From a virus (taxonomy: Duplodnaviria > Caudoviricetes): a DNA stretch of 51,536 nucleotides. Of the stretch, positions 8,939 to 18,728 are shown piece by piece. Under the pieces are notes generated by a model, which saw only the letters and a program-made list of their open reading frames with translations, had not been told where the DNA came from and ran no database searches. The position numbers were made by a program, and so were the translations under genes. Location: the IMG/VR virus record IMGVR_UViG_3300022932_000004, positions 1 to 51,536 of that record. One strand, written 5' to 3'. Position 1 is the first letter of the stretch; every line of letters starts with the position of its first letter.

Positions 8939-11900
8939 TTAAGTCCCTCTTTGTCTTGATTTAGCCGCCCGGTCTAAAGTGATGAGTAAATCCTGCCCTG
9001 CTATTTTGGTTGTCAGTTGCCCGAACTCGTTGATTTCAACGCCAGTAACGACCCCATTAACCGTATTTCTGCCAATGATAGAAGATGAATAGGCTAATGC
9101 GTTGGCACGTTCCTGTAGTGCTGTTTGCTTTTTCTCTTCTGCTAATTGCTGTTTTTGTAATTCCTCCTGTTTTTTAGCTTTGCTTGCTCCAAAAATCCCA
9201 CCAATTAACCCAGCAACTCCGCCGATAACCGCTCCTGCAACCGTTCCAGCCGGACCACCGACAGCAGTCCCCAGCAAGGCGCCAGTTCCCGCCCCTTTTA
9301 AAGCGCCGGCCGTGCCTTGACCTATCGCGCTTGTCTTTTTGGTTATTCCACCAATGATACTACCTAGAACTATTGCCCCTCCAGCTAATGCCTGTTGATT
9401 TGCGGATAAACTATCAAAAGCTTTATCTAATAATTTAGTTAATTGATCGCCAAATTTCTTAATAAAGACTTGGTTTAGTGAATCTGTTAAATTGGTAGCC
9501 AGTCCTGAGATTACATCTGAAAACGACTTGTCTGCGAATGCGTTTGCTTTAGTCAGCGTCTCAATCAGGTCGTCGCCAAATTTCACTGCGACACCTGACA
9601 GTTGGTTGCCAAAATCTGTTTTTGAAGCCGTTGCGGCATCCTGTTTGAGCTTTCCTTTAGCCCCAGCCTCAGAGGCTCCGATTCCTATTAACGCTAAGGG
9701 ATTATTTTTATTCAGCTCCTTAAGATCGTCGTAAAACTTGGTTACCTTAGTGAGTCTTTCTTTAAGGTCTTTATCTAGCTTAGCCTGAGATTTTTTCGAC
9801 CCGGTAGAAGAATCAAACCCTTTATCTAAAACGTCAGCAATTTTTTCTTGTATATTCTGCTCGGCTTCAAGCCTTTTTTGCCTGTATTTATTTCGTATAT
9901 TTTCCTCTTCCTGTGCTTTTGCATCAACAAGAACCGCTAATATTGCCGCGTTTCCTTCATATTGCCTGGTTAAATCTGCATAATGAGCGGCGTTTTGCTG
10001 TATTTCTTGTTCCTGAGAGACAATACGAGTGATTCCCGCCTCTTGTTCGATACCCGCAATGATGTCAGCTTGTTTTTTAGCAAACGTTGCGGCGTTCTGA
10101 GTCAGTTCATTTTGTTGGTTAGTCGCATTAACCGCGCGCGCAGAAGCCGTTAACGCGTCAAATTGCTCGCGCTCTTTGGAACCAGCTTTATATTTTTGGT
10201 TATACTCTTTTTGAAGCTTATTAAGATTGTCGTTTAAGGCTTTATATTTCTGAGTGGTCTTTTCATTAGTTTTATCGAGCCCCTCTAAACCCACCAAAGC
10301 ATCGTAATTCTCAGCCTTAGACATTTCACTTAAAATAAGTGACTTAAAGTCTTTGGGTATAGCAGGAGCCTTAGGTACAGCTCCATTAGCTAAAGCAAGC
10401 TCTTTCTTGAAGCCAATTATTTGCTTAACATAGTCTTTATATTGTTTTGAAGCAGTGTCTAAAGGTTTTTTTAACTCAGTAACACGCTTAATATCTGCCT
10501 TAATGTCATCAATTGTTCTCGCATCATCCTCTTTTGTTTGGTCGACTAAAGAACCGTCTCCGTACACCTCTCCGCCATTAGGAAGTTTAGACCTGAGCCG
10601 TTTAACGACTGCATTTTGCCTTCTCGCATCCGCACGCAACTTGTTGATGTTTTGAGATACTGGAGCAACTTGAGCCTGTGTATTTTTTGGGTCTGATACA
10701 AATTTTAAAGCGTTCGCTAGTCTGTTTCTTGCGATAACCTCTCGGTTGACTTCGGCGGTCAATTGTTTTCTAATTTCAACCTCGCTTTTTCCGCGGGCTA
10801 ATTGGTCTGCCTTAGCAAATCCCTGGTCTGCGATGTTGTTATTTAAAGCGTCAGTACCTCGCTGTTTTCTCCGTGCGATCGCATCTTTAAACTCCTGAGA
10901 ATTTGTGCCAACGTCCCCACCAAAAAGATACCCACCTACGCGTCCTTTTAAGGAAGTGCTTTTCCGTATTAAGGAATCATCCTCCTGTTGCTGTGTTTTA
11001 TCTAGCGCCGCTTGTAGCTCTGATATAGCTCTAATTGAATAGGTTGCGCCGTCTATAATTCCTTTGAAAAACTTACCTACCGAACCATTGGGGTTTGTGG
11101 TCAGATTAACAAAAGAGTTACTTAATTTATCTACAGAGGCGGCTAACGTATTATTCCTAATTTCAAAGTTATGTGCAACTTTGTCATGTTCTACATAATC
11201 TTTAGTTCCGGACTGTATACGGCTGTTTAACTTATCTTGGTTTTCCGCTAAAATCTTAACCGCATTACTTACCTTTCCAGTCTTAATGCCGACAGATGCA
11301 AGTCTGTCGTTTAATTCATTTACGGTAGGATTTCCGGCTTTTAATCCTTTGAAAAAGGCGGTTAATGCCCCTTGGGTGTCGGTGTTAATTAAGTTATTAA
11401 ATTTGTCAACCGTCAGTGTAGCGTCTGCGATCTGTGCGATTGCATAGTATTTCCCTCGCTTAACACTTAAATCATTCACAAGCCTTGTAACAGCTAGCGC
11501 GGCAGAAGAAGCGATTTGACCGGACTCTCCAAGCACGGCGCCATAAGCACTTACTACTGGAAGCGCTAATTTTGCAGTCGCCGCTGTACCTGCAATACCA
11601 AGAGTGAAGTCTTGAAGGTATTTAACTGTAACGGGTCCGGAATGGGCAAGACCTAAAAAATTCGAGCCGATCTTGGTTAAGGCTGTTCCAAAAGAAACTC
11701 CCTCTTTTTCGGTTATCTTATATATTGTAACGATTTTACCTAAAGATTCAGCAACAGCTTCCGCACCTCCTGGAAACTCCCTTTTTAGAACGACCCCTAA
11801 TTCATCGACTTCTTTAATAAAATCTTTTAAATCTTCCTTGGGTACCTTAAGCCTTCCACCGATGAAACCAATATCCAGCAACCCCTTTAAATCAGTTCTT

Positions 11901-12874
11901 GTATCAAGCCCTTGAAGCTCTTTAGATAACCCATCTACTTCTTTTGCAGACAGTGCGGCAACCCTTTGAACATCTGCTAAATCGTCTGATATTTCAACGT
12001 TATGAGAAAAAGAGGCTTTTGCCGTTGCAAGTGCCGCGGTAAGTAGTGCAAGTGGTCCGATCGCCCCCAGTGCATTGGATTTTATGCTATCAAACAAGGT
12101 GGGCTGAACACCTCCCTTCGTTTGATCTTGAATCCCTTTTATCTGATCTTTAAGTCCAGAAATTATGCCTGAAAGCCTTGTGCCGGATGCAGATTCTCGT
12201 TCTGCTTTTGACAATTGCGCGTAAACCTGCACAAGTCGTATTAACGCCGCTCGCCTTTGCTCTAGTGAGCCTTTGGCGTTAAGCATTTCCCTTGCGTTAT
12301 TTTTTAGTTCTGCTGTGGCGTTTGCTTGTCTCAATCGCTCTTCTGCAAGAGCCTGAGCAAGTTGCTTTTTGCTTAAAACATTTTGGTTTGTAGCTTGAGT
12401 TTGCTGATTGGTCGCTGTGACATTTGCAGAAACTCCAGTATTAAGGGTGTTATTGGCGATAGCTTGCTTTGCCGCCTCGGTATTTAATTGTGCCTTAGCA
12501 ACTCTTTCCGCATTAAGAGCCGTTGTATAGGATATACTCCCCTGCTTGGCTCTTACATACGCGTCTATTTCAGCTTGTGAGTTAGAAACTTGGGTTGGCT
12601 TTCTTTTGTTAGCCTCGTCGTTAGCCGCTCTTTGTGCTTTTTGTTGTTCTTTTATTTCCGCATTTAATGCGGCTTGAGCCTTTCTGTCCGCCTCTTTCTG
12701 TTTGGTCAGCTCTAGAGCTTCCTGCTTTATTTTTAATAAGCCCGCTTGGTAGGCAGATAACGGTTTAGCATCAATACCAAGATTAGAAAAGTCTTTAAGA
12801 GAAGCTTTTGTTTCTTTGAGAACTTGCTTTAAGTTTTCGTTGTTCCCTACAATTTGAATTTCTAATCTTGCCAT
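8939..12874 (-). CDS. Tape measure protein
   Basis: 1311 aa, Ala/Lys/Gln-rich helical protein with a TP901-type core and a Gly-Ala-rich hydrophobic C-terminal segment; follows the tail chaperones. Confidence 0.92.
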   Translation of the reverse strand: MARLEIQIVGNNENLKQVLKETKASLKDFSNLGIDAKPLSAYQAGLLKIKQEALELTKQKEADRKAQAALNAEIKEQQKAQRAANDEANKRKPTQVSNSQAEIDAYVRAKQGSISYTTALNAERVAKAQLNTEAAKQAIANNTLNTGVSANVTATNQQTQATNQNVLSKKQLAQALAEERLRQANATAELKNNAREMLNAKGSLEQRRAALIRLVQVYAQLSKAERESASGTRLSGIISGLKDQIKGIQDQTKGGVQPTLFDSIKSNALGAIGPLALLTAALATAKASFSHNVEISDDLADVQRVAALSAKEVDGLSKELQGLDTRTDLKGLLDIGFIGGRLKVPKEDLKDFIKEVDELGVVLKREFPGGAEAVAESLGKIVTIYKITEKEGVSFGTALTKIGSNFLGLAHSGPVTVKYLQDFTLGIAGTAATAKLALPVVSAYGAVLGESGQIASSAALAVTRLVNDLSVKRGKYYAIAQIADATLTVDKFNNLINTDTQGALTAFFKGLKAGNPTVNELNDRLASVGIKTGKVSNAVKILAENQDKLNSRIQSGTKDYVEHDKVAHNFEIRNNTLAASVDKLSNSFVNLTTNPNGSVGKFFKGIIDGATYSIRAISELQAALDKTQQQEDDSLIRKSTSLKGRVGGYLFGGDVGTNSQEFKDAIARRKQRGTDALNNNIADQGFAKADQLARGKSEVEIRKQLTAEVNREVIARNRLANALKFVSDPKNTQAQVAPVSQNINKLRADARRQNAVVKRLRSKLPNGGEVYGDGSLVDQTKEDDARTIDDIKADIKRVTELKKPLDTASKQYKDYVKQIIGFKKELALANGAVPKAPAIPKDFKSLILSEMSKAENYDALVGLEGLDKTNEKTTQKYKALNDNLNKLQKEYNQKYKAGSKEREQFDALTASARAVNATNQQNELTQNAATFAKKQADIIAGIEQEAGITRIVSQEQEIQQNAAHYADLTRQYEGNAAILAVLVDAKAQEEENIRNKYRQKRLEAEQNIQEKIADVLDKGFDSSTGSKKSQAKLDKDLKERLTKVTKFYDDLKELNKNNPLALIGIGASEAGAKGKLKQDAATASKTDFGNQLSGVAVKFGDDLIETLTKANAFADKSFSDVISGLATNLTDSLNQVFIKKFGDQLTKLLDKAFDSLSANQQALAGGAIVLGSIIGGITKKTSAIGQGTAGALKGAGTGALLGTAVGGPAGTVAGAVIGGVAGLIGGIFGASKAKKQEELQKQQLAEEKKQTALQERANALAYSSSIIGRNTVNGVVTGVEINEFGQLTTKIAGQDLLITLDRAAKSRQRGT

Positions 12875-13185
12875 TACTTAAAGGATGCTAATAGTTTCAA
12901 TGCCTCGGCAACATTGCGTATAGGCAAAATAATATTATCGTTGTCGATCAACGGCAAGGGCATTAAGTCTTGAGGGGATACGTGTTTTTTAACCCCCATG
13001 CCGCCAAAATTAATAATGTCCGAACGAATGGTTCTCAAAAAGTCCTGCTTTTCACAACGAATTTCAAACTGCCCTGTTTCCATCATTGCATACTCCTTGA
13101 GAGTCAGCGCACGAACTTCTTTAGGTTTTAATCCCCACTTATAGGCATTGCTGATGATTTCTCCGAGCGTGTGGATTTTTTTTTT
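12874..13185 (-). CDS. C-terminal (-1 frame) part of tail assembly chaperone, gpGT-like
   Basis: Frame is open from the A10 run (13176-13185) and reads KKKIHTLGEIISNAYKWGLKPKEVRALTLKEYAMMETGQ... through to 12874. Confidence 0.8.
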   Translation of the reverse strand, partial: KKKIHTLGEIISNAYKWGLKPKEVRALTLKEYAMMETGQFEIRCEKQDFLRTIRSDIINFGGMGVKKHVSPQDLMPLPLIDNDNIILPIRNVAEALKLLASFK

Positions 13186-13553
13186 GTATTAACACGGGTC
13201 TCTTCCGGTTCGCTAGCTAATAATTTAGCGATCATTTCATCGTAGCGCTGTTGCATGGTTACCCCTTGAATTTTAGACCGCATAAAATCAACCATAATTT
13301 CATCACCAGTTCCTTGAGGCTCGTTGTCCAGCCAATTCAAAAAATATTTATAATTAAAATCAAGAGAATCGTCGTTGATTTCTGCCCCATTACGCAGTGC
13401 GGCGTAAGTAAGCTTGCTCACCATTACGGTTTCATTGCTGGCGATCTCTAGCTCCAATTGTTGCAATGTGATTCCTAATTCGTCGCACAGGTCTTCGAAT
13501 GCTCCCAGCCCCCAACATAACTGCCTAGGCTTTTCTTTGATTGTTAATTGCAT
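13128..13553 (-). CDS. Tail assembly chaperone, gpG-like
   Basis: 141 aa acidic ORF between tail tube and tape measure, with a slippery A-run near its 3' end. Confidence 0.8.
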   Translation of the reverse strand: MQLTIKEKPRQLCWGLGAFEDLCDELGITLQQLELEIASNETVMVSKLTYAALRNGAEINDDSLDFNYKYFLNWLDNEPQGTGDEIMVDFMRSKIQGVTMQQRYDEMIAKLLASEPEETRVNTKKKSTRSEKSSAMPISGD

Positions 13554-13698
13554 CTAATATTTTTTTTTCGCTTGGTTTGCTTTTTTGGTTGATAGTAATG
13601 CTAAATCGCTCATCACGGCACATGCAAGGATGGGGCGCGGTATACGATACATACCACTCCCCTTCCTTTAGCTTGTTTATTTGCCTGATCGTAATCAT
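13525..13698 (-). CDS. Small hypothetical protein (57 aa, absent from ORF track)
   Basis: MITIRQINKLKEGEWYVSYTAPHPCMCRDERF...; ATG overlaps the stop codon of the tail tube gene. Confidence 0.5.
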   Translation of the reverse strand: MITIRQINKLKEGEWYVSYTAPHPCMCRDERFSITINQKSKPSEKKILDAINNQRKA

Positions 13699-14165
13699 TA
13701 CGGAGTTACTGTAGCCTCCGCATAGGTTAACGCTCCATTACCAGTGATTTCTAAATCATAAGTACTTTCGCCGTCAATCGGTGCGTTGTGAGTAAATGAA
13801 GTCAACGTTCCTGTCCCTTCATAAATGAAGGTTTTAGCGAAATCGTAATCCGTTGTTTTGATGGTCTGGAACGTCATTTCAATAGACGGGTCGCCCGTAA
13901 TCATCAATGCTGCAATATCGCTGTTGTCCAGTACGCCAGTTACCTGGTCGGCAAAAGCTTTAGCGGTTACAGATACCGTCCACCCTTTTGTTGACACGGT
14001 GTGTGTTGTCCAAGAGGCGCCATTGGTAGTATCTGCCTCGGTTGGCTTACATGGGTCGTCATCAGTAGTATTTACTGTGATCGCTAATGTTGCATCCGTC
14101 TGACAACGGATTGAAGTGCCATTGACTTTAACGCCAATTAACTTCCCTGGTAATACTCCTGCCAT
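13698..14165 (-). CDS. Major tail tube protein
   Basis: 155 aa, Thr-rich and beta-rich, W..V..KGWTVS and YDLEITGNGAL motifs, canonical position. Confidence 0.85.
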   Translation of the reverse strand: MAGVLPGKLIGVKVNGTSIRCQTDATLAITVNTTDDDPCKPTEADTTNGASWTTHTVSTKGWTVSVTAKAFADQVTGVLDNSDIAALMITGDPSIEMTFQTIKTTDYDFAKTFIYEGTGTLTSFTHNAPIDGESTYDLEITGNGALTYAEATVTP

Positions 14166-14398
14166 TTTTCTATTTCTTTAATTATTGTTTCAAAATCATT
14201 TGAGGTTTCGCCTGTTATTTCAATACGGGTTCTTCCTTGTATTTTTCCAGTAAAAGCAACCTTGCTCCCTGCGTCTAATTTAAATACGCCCATCACCTCT
14301 CCTTCTGGTTTTCCTACGCAATCAAAAAGACCCTTCATACTAACAATGAGCGTTCTTTTTGCGGTTTTGTCTGGTCTTATATCAAACTCCATCCCCAT
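14138..14398 (-). CDS. Hypothetical protein in tail region (start probably 14398 or 14392)
   Basis: Open frame MGMEFDIRPDKTAK...; a TACCTTTA element at 14464-14471 argues against the longer start given in the ORF track. Confidence 0.45.
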   Translation of the reverse strand: MGMEFDIRPDKTAKRTLIVSMKGLFDCVGKPEGEVMGVFKLDAGSKVAFTGKIQGRTRIEITGETSNDFETIIKEIEKWQEYYQGS

Positions 14399-14517
14399 AA
14401 CAGCCTCTTTACAAGCAGACCACCCTTGCGAATGGGATATAAGTAAAGAACCTGTTCCGATCATAAAGGTAAAGATAGATAAATATAATGTAACAACAAT
14501 AATACTTAAACACGTAA

Positions 14518-14952
14518 TTATTGCACAATATCGCGCTGAGACAGCCAAGACTCGAACTTAATCACCCTGCGTTCAATGGATTGCGTTGAGGTGTCGTCGT
14601 TCAATGACATCGACTCAAGAATGCGCGTATTCTTGTTTGAAAACCCGTTTACAGGAACGCCGTACCGAATGACATTCATCACTTTTTCTTCTACGTCATC
14701 TAGTTCTTTGGTGTGGCTATACCCTTTTTTACCTACATAGTAGATGCTTACATCAATCGTGGTTAACCATTCGAAATAATCTCTTTTAGCATTAACTGTT
14801 TCCTGCTTCGTTTGTCCATCGAGTAAAATGTACATTGCCGGAGCAACCTCATTCAGCGGAACACGAATATCCCAAACCGAAAGACCAGTCGCAGGTTTCA
14901 ATACCGTGATGTACGATTCCCTGATGTGTTTAGAAGGATTTTGTAAAGGCAT
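14518..14952 (-). CDS. Tail completion / terminator protein
   Basis: 144 aa, between the gp10-like gene and the tail tube; typical size and position. Confidence 0.7.
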   Translation of the reverse strand: MPLQNPSKHIRESYITVLKPATGLSVWDIRVPLNEVAPAMYILLDGQTKQETVNAKRDYFEWLTTIDVSIYYVGKKGYSHTKELDDVEEKVMNVIRYGVPVNGFSNKNTRILESMSLNDDTSTQSIERRVIKFESWLSQRDIVQ

Positions 14953-15346
14953 CTAATTTAAGTGTTAGTTCATCAACAATTTTATCTCTTCGCGAAAGGA
15001 AGGCTGGGAACAAGAACGGTTTCGGTCTTGTTGTTCCGCTCCCATCCACATAAAATTCCCTAGCATAAGCTTCGTACCCTGTGGGTATTTCTGTAAATGG
15101 CCCTGCGCCGAACTCTTGATAAGGCGCGTATGTCGCTGAAAAACCAATGACATACCCTCCCTCTGTTTTTTCTATAAAGGCAGACCCTCTAAGTAGCCCT
15201 TTATCTGCCGGCACTCTGCTAATTGCAGAGGTTAATATCTCGTTTGCAATCCTTTTTATTTCAGAATCAACATCTTTTTCGATTTGCTTTCCCGCTTTAT
15301 TAAGCGCCTGTTGCAATTCCTTCATTCCGTTGATCTTGAATTTCAT
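14930..15346 (-). CDS. HK97 gp10-like neck/tail component
   Basis: VPADKGLLRGS, YAPYQEFG and PKPFLFPA motifs. Confidence 0.85.
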   Translation of the reverse strand: MKFKINGMKELQQALNKAGKQIEKDVDSEIKRIANEILTSAISRVPADKGLLRGSAFIEKTEGGYVIGFSATYAPYQEFGAGPFTEIPTGYEAYAREFYVDGSGTTRPKPFLFPAFLSRRDKIVDELTLKLDAFTKSF

Positions 15347-15365
15347 GAGGTAAAGATAAGTTATT

Positions 15366-16814
15366 CTAAAGTGAAGCGCCTACTCCTGAGATTTTAGATT
15401 TGAAAGTCGTCAAATCCGTTACCGATTCCTGCCAAGTAGGGAAATATTTATTATTAAGGTTTTTGATAAACGTTTGCCCGTAATTGTAATTGATCATTTC
15501 AGCTCCGGCAGATAATGGAACATTTTTATTGTCAGACATTTTGTTCATTTCAAAGCCGAGGTTATTGTAATAACTCAGTGTACCTGTGCCTGGGTAATAT
15601 ACATCCACCATTTGCCCTTCCCAGTCCCCGACTGTATTCAAGTGCCCCGCTGTGTTATTAGACACTCTCGCGTCTGTGTAATTTGCTACAGCTGGGTACT
15701 TAGAAATAAAGTCCTGTATGTCCGGGGTAGCCTGTAATTCGAAAGCAGAATATTTAGACGAAGAGTAGGCAACGTTGTTGTAGATCAAAACAGAATCTTT
15801 CTTAGCCTTATTGCCAAAAGTCATCCCCCAAGCTCGGATTACATTCCCCTGAAAACGAGTCACTTTGTTATCGTGCAGAGAACCGTTACCCTGCATTGCA
15901 AATACCCCATTATGCGGACCATTTGGCGCATTCGGGCTAAGCGTAGTGCTGTAATTGTAGTTCACATGGTCAATATCATTATAGGCGATCTCGTAATTTT
16001 CAGCCGCACCAGTCCACACTACATTTCCCACATTTGGAGATTCCCTGACCGTATTATATGTAAATTTGAAATTCTTAATTAAACCGTTAATTTTACCGGT
16101 TTCAATATTTGGTCCGCTTCTCAATCCTACAATATTTCCGCAGGCAGTAAACTTACATTTGCTAATTGTGATGTTCATATTTGCCGTAGCGTCTGTACCG
16201 TCCCACGGCAAATCGTTTTCTGTTGAAATTACGATATTCTGTATGTTGGTAAAACTCGCATCGTGGATATGTAAGGTTTGTACCAAACCCCTAATATTCA
16301 TGCCTCTATAATACCCGTTGGTCATCGAGAAACCGTACAGTTCTAAATTCTTAGGGTCTTGTATATCGATGGAATGTGGCGCAGTTTGCGTGCTATTATT
16401 CACCGTAACGCCGGTCATATCTATTTTCACATTAACCGGGTAGCCGATACTGATGTAGTCGTAGTTACCTGGCTTTACTTTTAGGTTTACATTTTTCTGA
16501 TTATCTAAAGTTAGATTACCTGAGCCCGTACCTACGTTTACCCATACGGTAGCCGGTGGCGTCACCACTGGAGGCACCACAACTACAGGCGGTTTAACCG
16601 GGATGGTGGCATGTTTATACACCTTCGCATAATCCACGTCGCTCAGCGCAACTGTGGCAATTTTTCCATTTGAGAAAGTCACTTTTCCGCTGGCATCCTG
16701 TGCTACAGTGTAGGTGATTCTTTTTTTAGTCGCGGGGTCAACCACATAAGGTAGTGTTTGCGCGCTGACCGTGAAAACGGTAAATAGTGCGCCGAATAAT
16801 AGTAATTTTTTCAT
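15366..16814 (-). CDS. Right-handed beta-helix protein (pectate-lyase-like fold) with signal peptide
   Basis: Asn-rich repeating beta strands; N-terminus MKKLLLFGALFTVFTVSAQ resembles a Sec signal peptide; Pro/Val linker. Start revised from 16844. Confidence 0.65.
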   Translation of the reverse strand: MKKLLLFGALFTVFTVSAQTLPYVVDPATKKRITYTVAQDASGKVTFSNGKIATVALSDVDYAKVYKHATIPVKPPVVVVPPVVTPPATVWVNVGTGSGNLTLDNQKNVNLKVKPGNYDYISIGYPVNVKIDMTGVTVNNSTQTAPHSIDIQDPKNLELYGFSMTNGYYRGMNIRGLVQTLHIHDASFTNIQNIVISTENDLPWDGTDATANMNITISKCKFTACGNIVGLRSGPNIETGKINGLIKNFKFTYNTVRESPNVGNVVWTGAAENYEIAYNDIDHVNYNYSTTLSPNAPNGPHNGVFAMQGNGSLHDNKVTRFQGNVIRAWGMTFGNKAKKDSVLIYNNVAYSSSKYSAFELQATPDIQDFISKYPAVANYTDARVSNNTAGHLNTVGDWEGQMVDVYYPGTGTLSYYNNLGFEMNKMSDNKNVPLSAGAEMINYNYGQTFIKNLNNKYFPTWQESVTDLTTFKSKISGVGASL

Positions 16815-16827
16815 TGTTATGTTTGTT

Positions 16828-17430
16828 TTAAGAATACTCTTCAAAATAAAAAGCGTTCATACATGAATAACCGCCACTAGCATCAGGTGTGAATGTAAGG
16901 TCCGCTATACCACTGGTCGGGTTAACTATATTAACGGTAGCTTTGTAAACGACATTTGCTAAATCAGGGCCATTTAACGGGGAAATTACGCCGTTCACGT
17001 TAGCGCTGGTTTTGTCCCCCGCATCGGTGTAACTTTGCACAGCCGCGAAATGGAATCTGTATTTCTTAGTAGGGCTTAACCCTGTTAGCTGCATAGTTAT
17101 TGCAGAGTTACCACGGTTTAGCATATATTGCAATACGGATGAAGGGAATATTCCCTCAGGATCAGTTTGTACCCCCTCGTCCTCTGCCTCTACCCCTCCA
17201 TCTGCGGGCACAATCAAGTTAAACCCGGTGCCAACACCTACGGAATTCAAAAGGTTGCTTGTGGTGTTCCCTTTTACGCCCATATTCCATGTCGCGGTAA
17301 TATTACGGTAAGCGCTATCTAAATTTATCCTAACCGTTTGCAGCAAAACACTGCCCCCGATAGGCGGAGTACTGACGGACTGGAAAATTAGCCCTCCTGA
17401 TTTCAATATTTTGCTGTTACCGAGTATCAT
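16828..17430 (-). CDS. Hypothetical structural protein, possible carbohydrate-binding beta-sandwich
   Basis: 200 aa beta-rich with LTGLSPTKKYRFHF; inside the structural operon. Confidence 0.55.
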   Translation of the reverse strand: MILGNSKILKSGGLIFQSVSTPPIGGSVLLQTVRINLDSAYRNITATWNMGVKGNTTSNLLNSVGVGTGFNLIVPADGGVEAEDEGVQTDPEGIFPSSVLQYMLNRGNSAITMQLTGLSPTKKYRFHFAAVQSYTDAGDKTSANVNGVISPLNGPDLANVVYKATVNIVNPTSGIADLTFTPDASGGYSCMNAFYFEEYS

Positions 17431-18029
17431 GTTCCTTCGACTCTAAAAACAACGGTAGTACCTGCATTCGCTTTTTGTAAACCAGTAATTACCGCGCCTA
17501 ATAAGGCCGTTAATGTGCCCCCTAAAGTGGTATTGTTCCCTTTAAAAAACAAATGGGTAAGTTGCTTTAGATTTGCACTTAAAACTTTTCTACAGCTCGA
17601 TACCGCATCATTATGGGTAGTCGTGTTTATGGTGGCTTTGCTATCATCGAAAAGAACGACGTTAAAAATAGCCGCTCCATCGGTAGTGTTGTCCATTGTT
17701 AGATTAACAAGCGCATCGCCTGAGGCAGAGACAACCGCGTTATTCGTGAAAAACTCTTTTTTCCCATTGGCGATAAACAGCGTACCATGTGGTAAATTCA
17801 GTACCCTGGTGAATGCGGTAATATACCTGCCTACGCTCATACCTGTAACCTGCACCACATTCCAGTTAGTAGTATCCTCTGCGGTTGTGTTAAGCGAATC
17901 CCAAAAATATAATTTACCTTTATTATCACCTGGGGTTAAAAGCCCTAAAGTCATTACTACGTTATCATTTCCGCCGGGCGCATTCTTCAAATCCGCAAGC
18001 GTAGGTACGCTCGTCATGTGTACTGCCAT
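17427..18029 (-). CDS. Hypothetical appendage protein
   Basis: 200 aa; the N-terminus (TLADLK...G...PGD..G.LYFWD) resembles the N-terminal module of tailspike proteins. Confidence 0.55.
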   Translation of the reverse strand: MAVHMTSVPTLADLKNAPGGNDNVVMTLGLLTPGDNKGKLYFWDSLNTTAEDTTNWNVVQVTGMSVGRYITAFTRVLNLPHGTLFIANGKKEFFTNNAVVSASGDALVNLTMDNTTDGAAIFNVVLFDDSKATINTTTHNDAVSSCRKVLSANLKQLTHLFFKGNNTTLGGTLTALLGAVITGLQKANAGTTVVFRVEGT

Positions 18030-18032
18030 AAT

Positions 18033-18728
18033 CTATACTGCTACTGTGGTTAATACTCCTGTTGTACTTACTGTTTCACGCCATTTTTTACCGGTGGAAT
18101 CTACGATCACATCACCTGATAAAATATAAACCTGGTTATCTGCTATAGCAATATAATATACATTCTGTGTAGGGTTGTAATACATTTGCCCCTGGTAGAT
18201 CACCTTGCTATTTGCGGGGGTAATCGTGACCAGTTTTGTGGTGGCGAAAGTTGCCCCATTTATCGCCGTAATAATGTCACTATCGGTAATAAATAATAAA
18301 GCCAGCTCCTGTAAACCTAAATCACCGGTTGCCCCTGCCGCGGTGACAACACTAGTTGAGGGAGTTCCTTTTAATAAAAAGTTGTTTGTCGAGGTGATTA
18401 AATCCGTCGTAATTGCGTTTTTAACCACCCGGATACGGTTATTTGTCGCCTCATACCACAGCATGCCGCTTGCAAGCGTGCCTGTGAAGGCTACCCCTGG
18501 AGTAATTAACATGGCAACTTTTGCGGCTGTACTTGCCGCTGTTGTGATGTAAGCCAAGGAATTAGCCGCTATGCCCAAACCTATCCCGCCAAATTGAGGG
18601 GTAGCATTTGTGCTGATATTTTGGGGCAACGAAAGCGTGTACGTTACCCCTGACACGTTGACAATGACTTGATTTGCCGTCCCTGATACTACAGGAGCAT
18701 TACGCCTCGCTACTACTGTTACACTCAT
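18033..18728 (-). CDS. Fibre-like structural protein
   Basis: 231 aa Thr/Ala/Val-rich; LSLPQNISTNATPQF and C-terminal DSTGKKWR..V...GVLTT fibre-like motifs. Confidence 0.6.
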   Translation of the reverse strand: MSVTVVARRNAPVVSGTANQVIVNVSGVTYTLSLPQNISTNATPQFGGIGLGIAANSLAYITTAASTAAKVAMLITPGVAFTGTLASGMLWYEATNNRIRVVKNAITTDLITSTNNFLLKGTPSTSVVTAAGATGDLGLQELALLFITDSDIITAINGATFATTKLVTITPANSKVIYQGQMYYNPTQNVYYIAIADNQVYILSGDVIVDSTGKKWRETVSTTGVLTTVAV

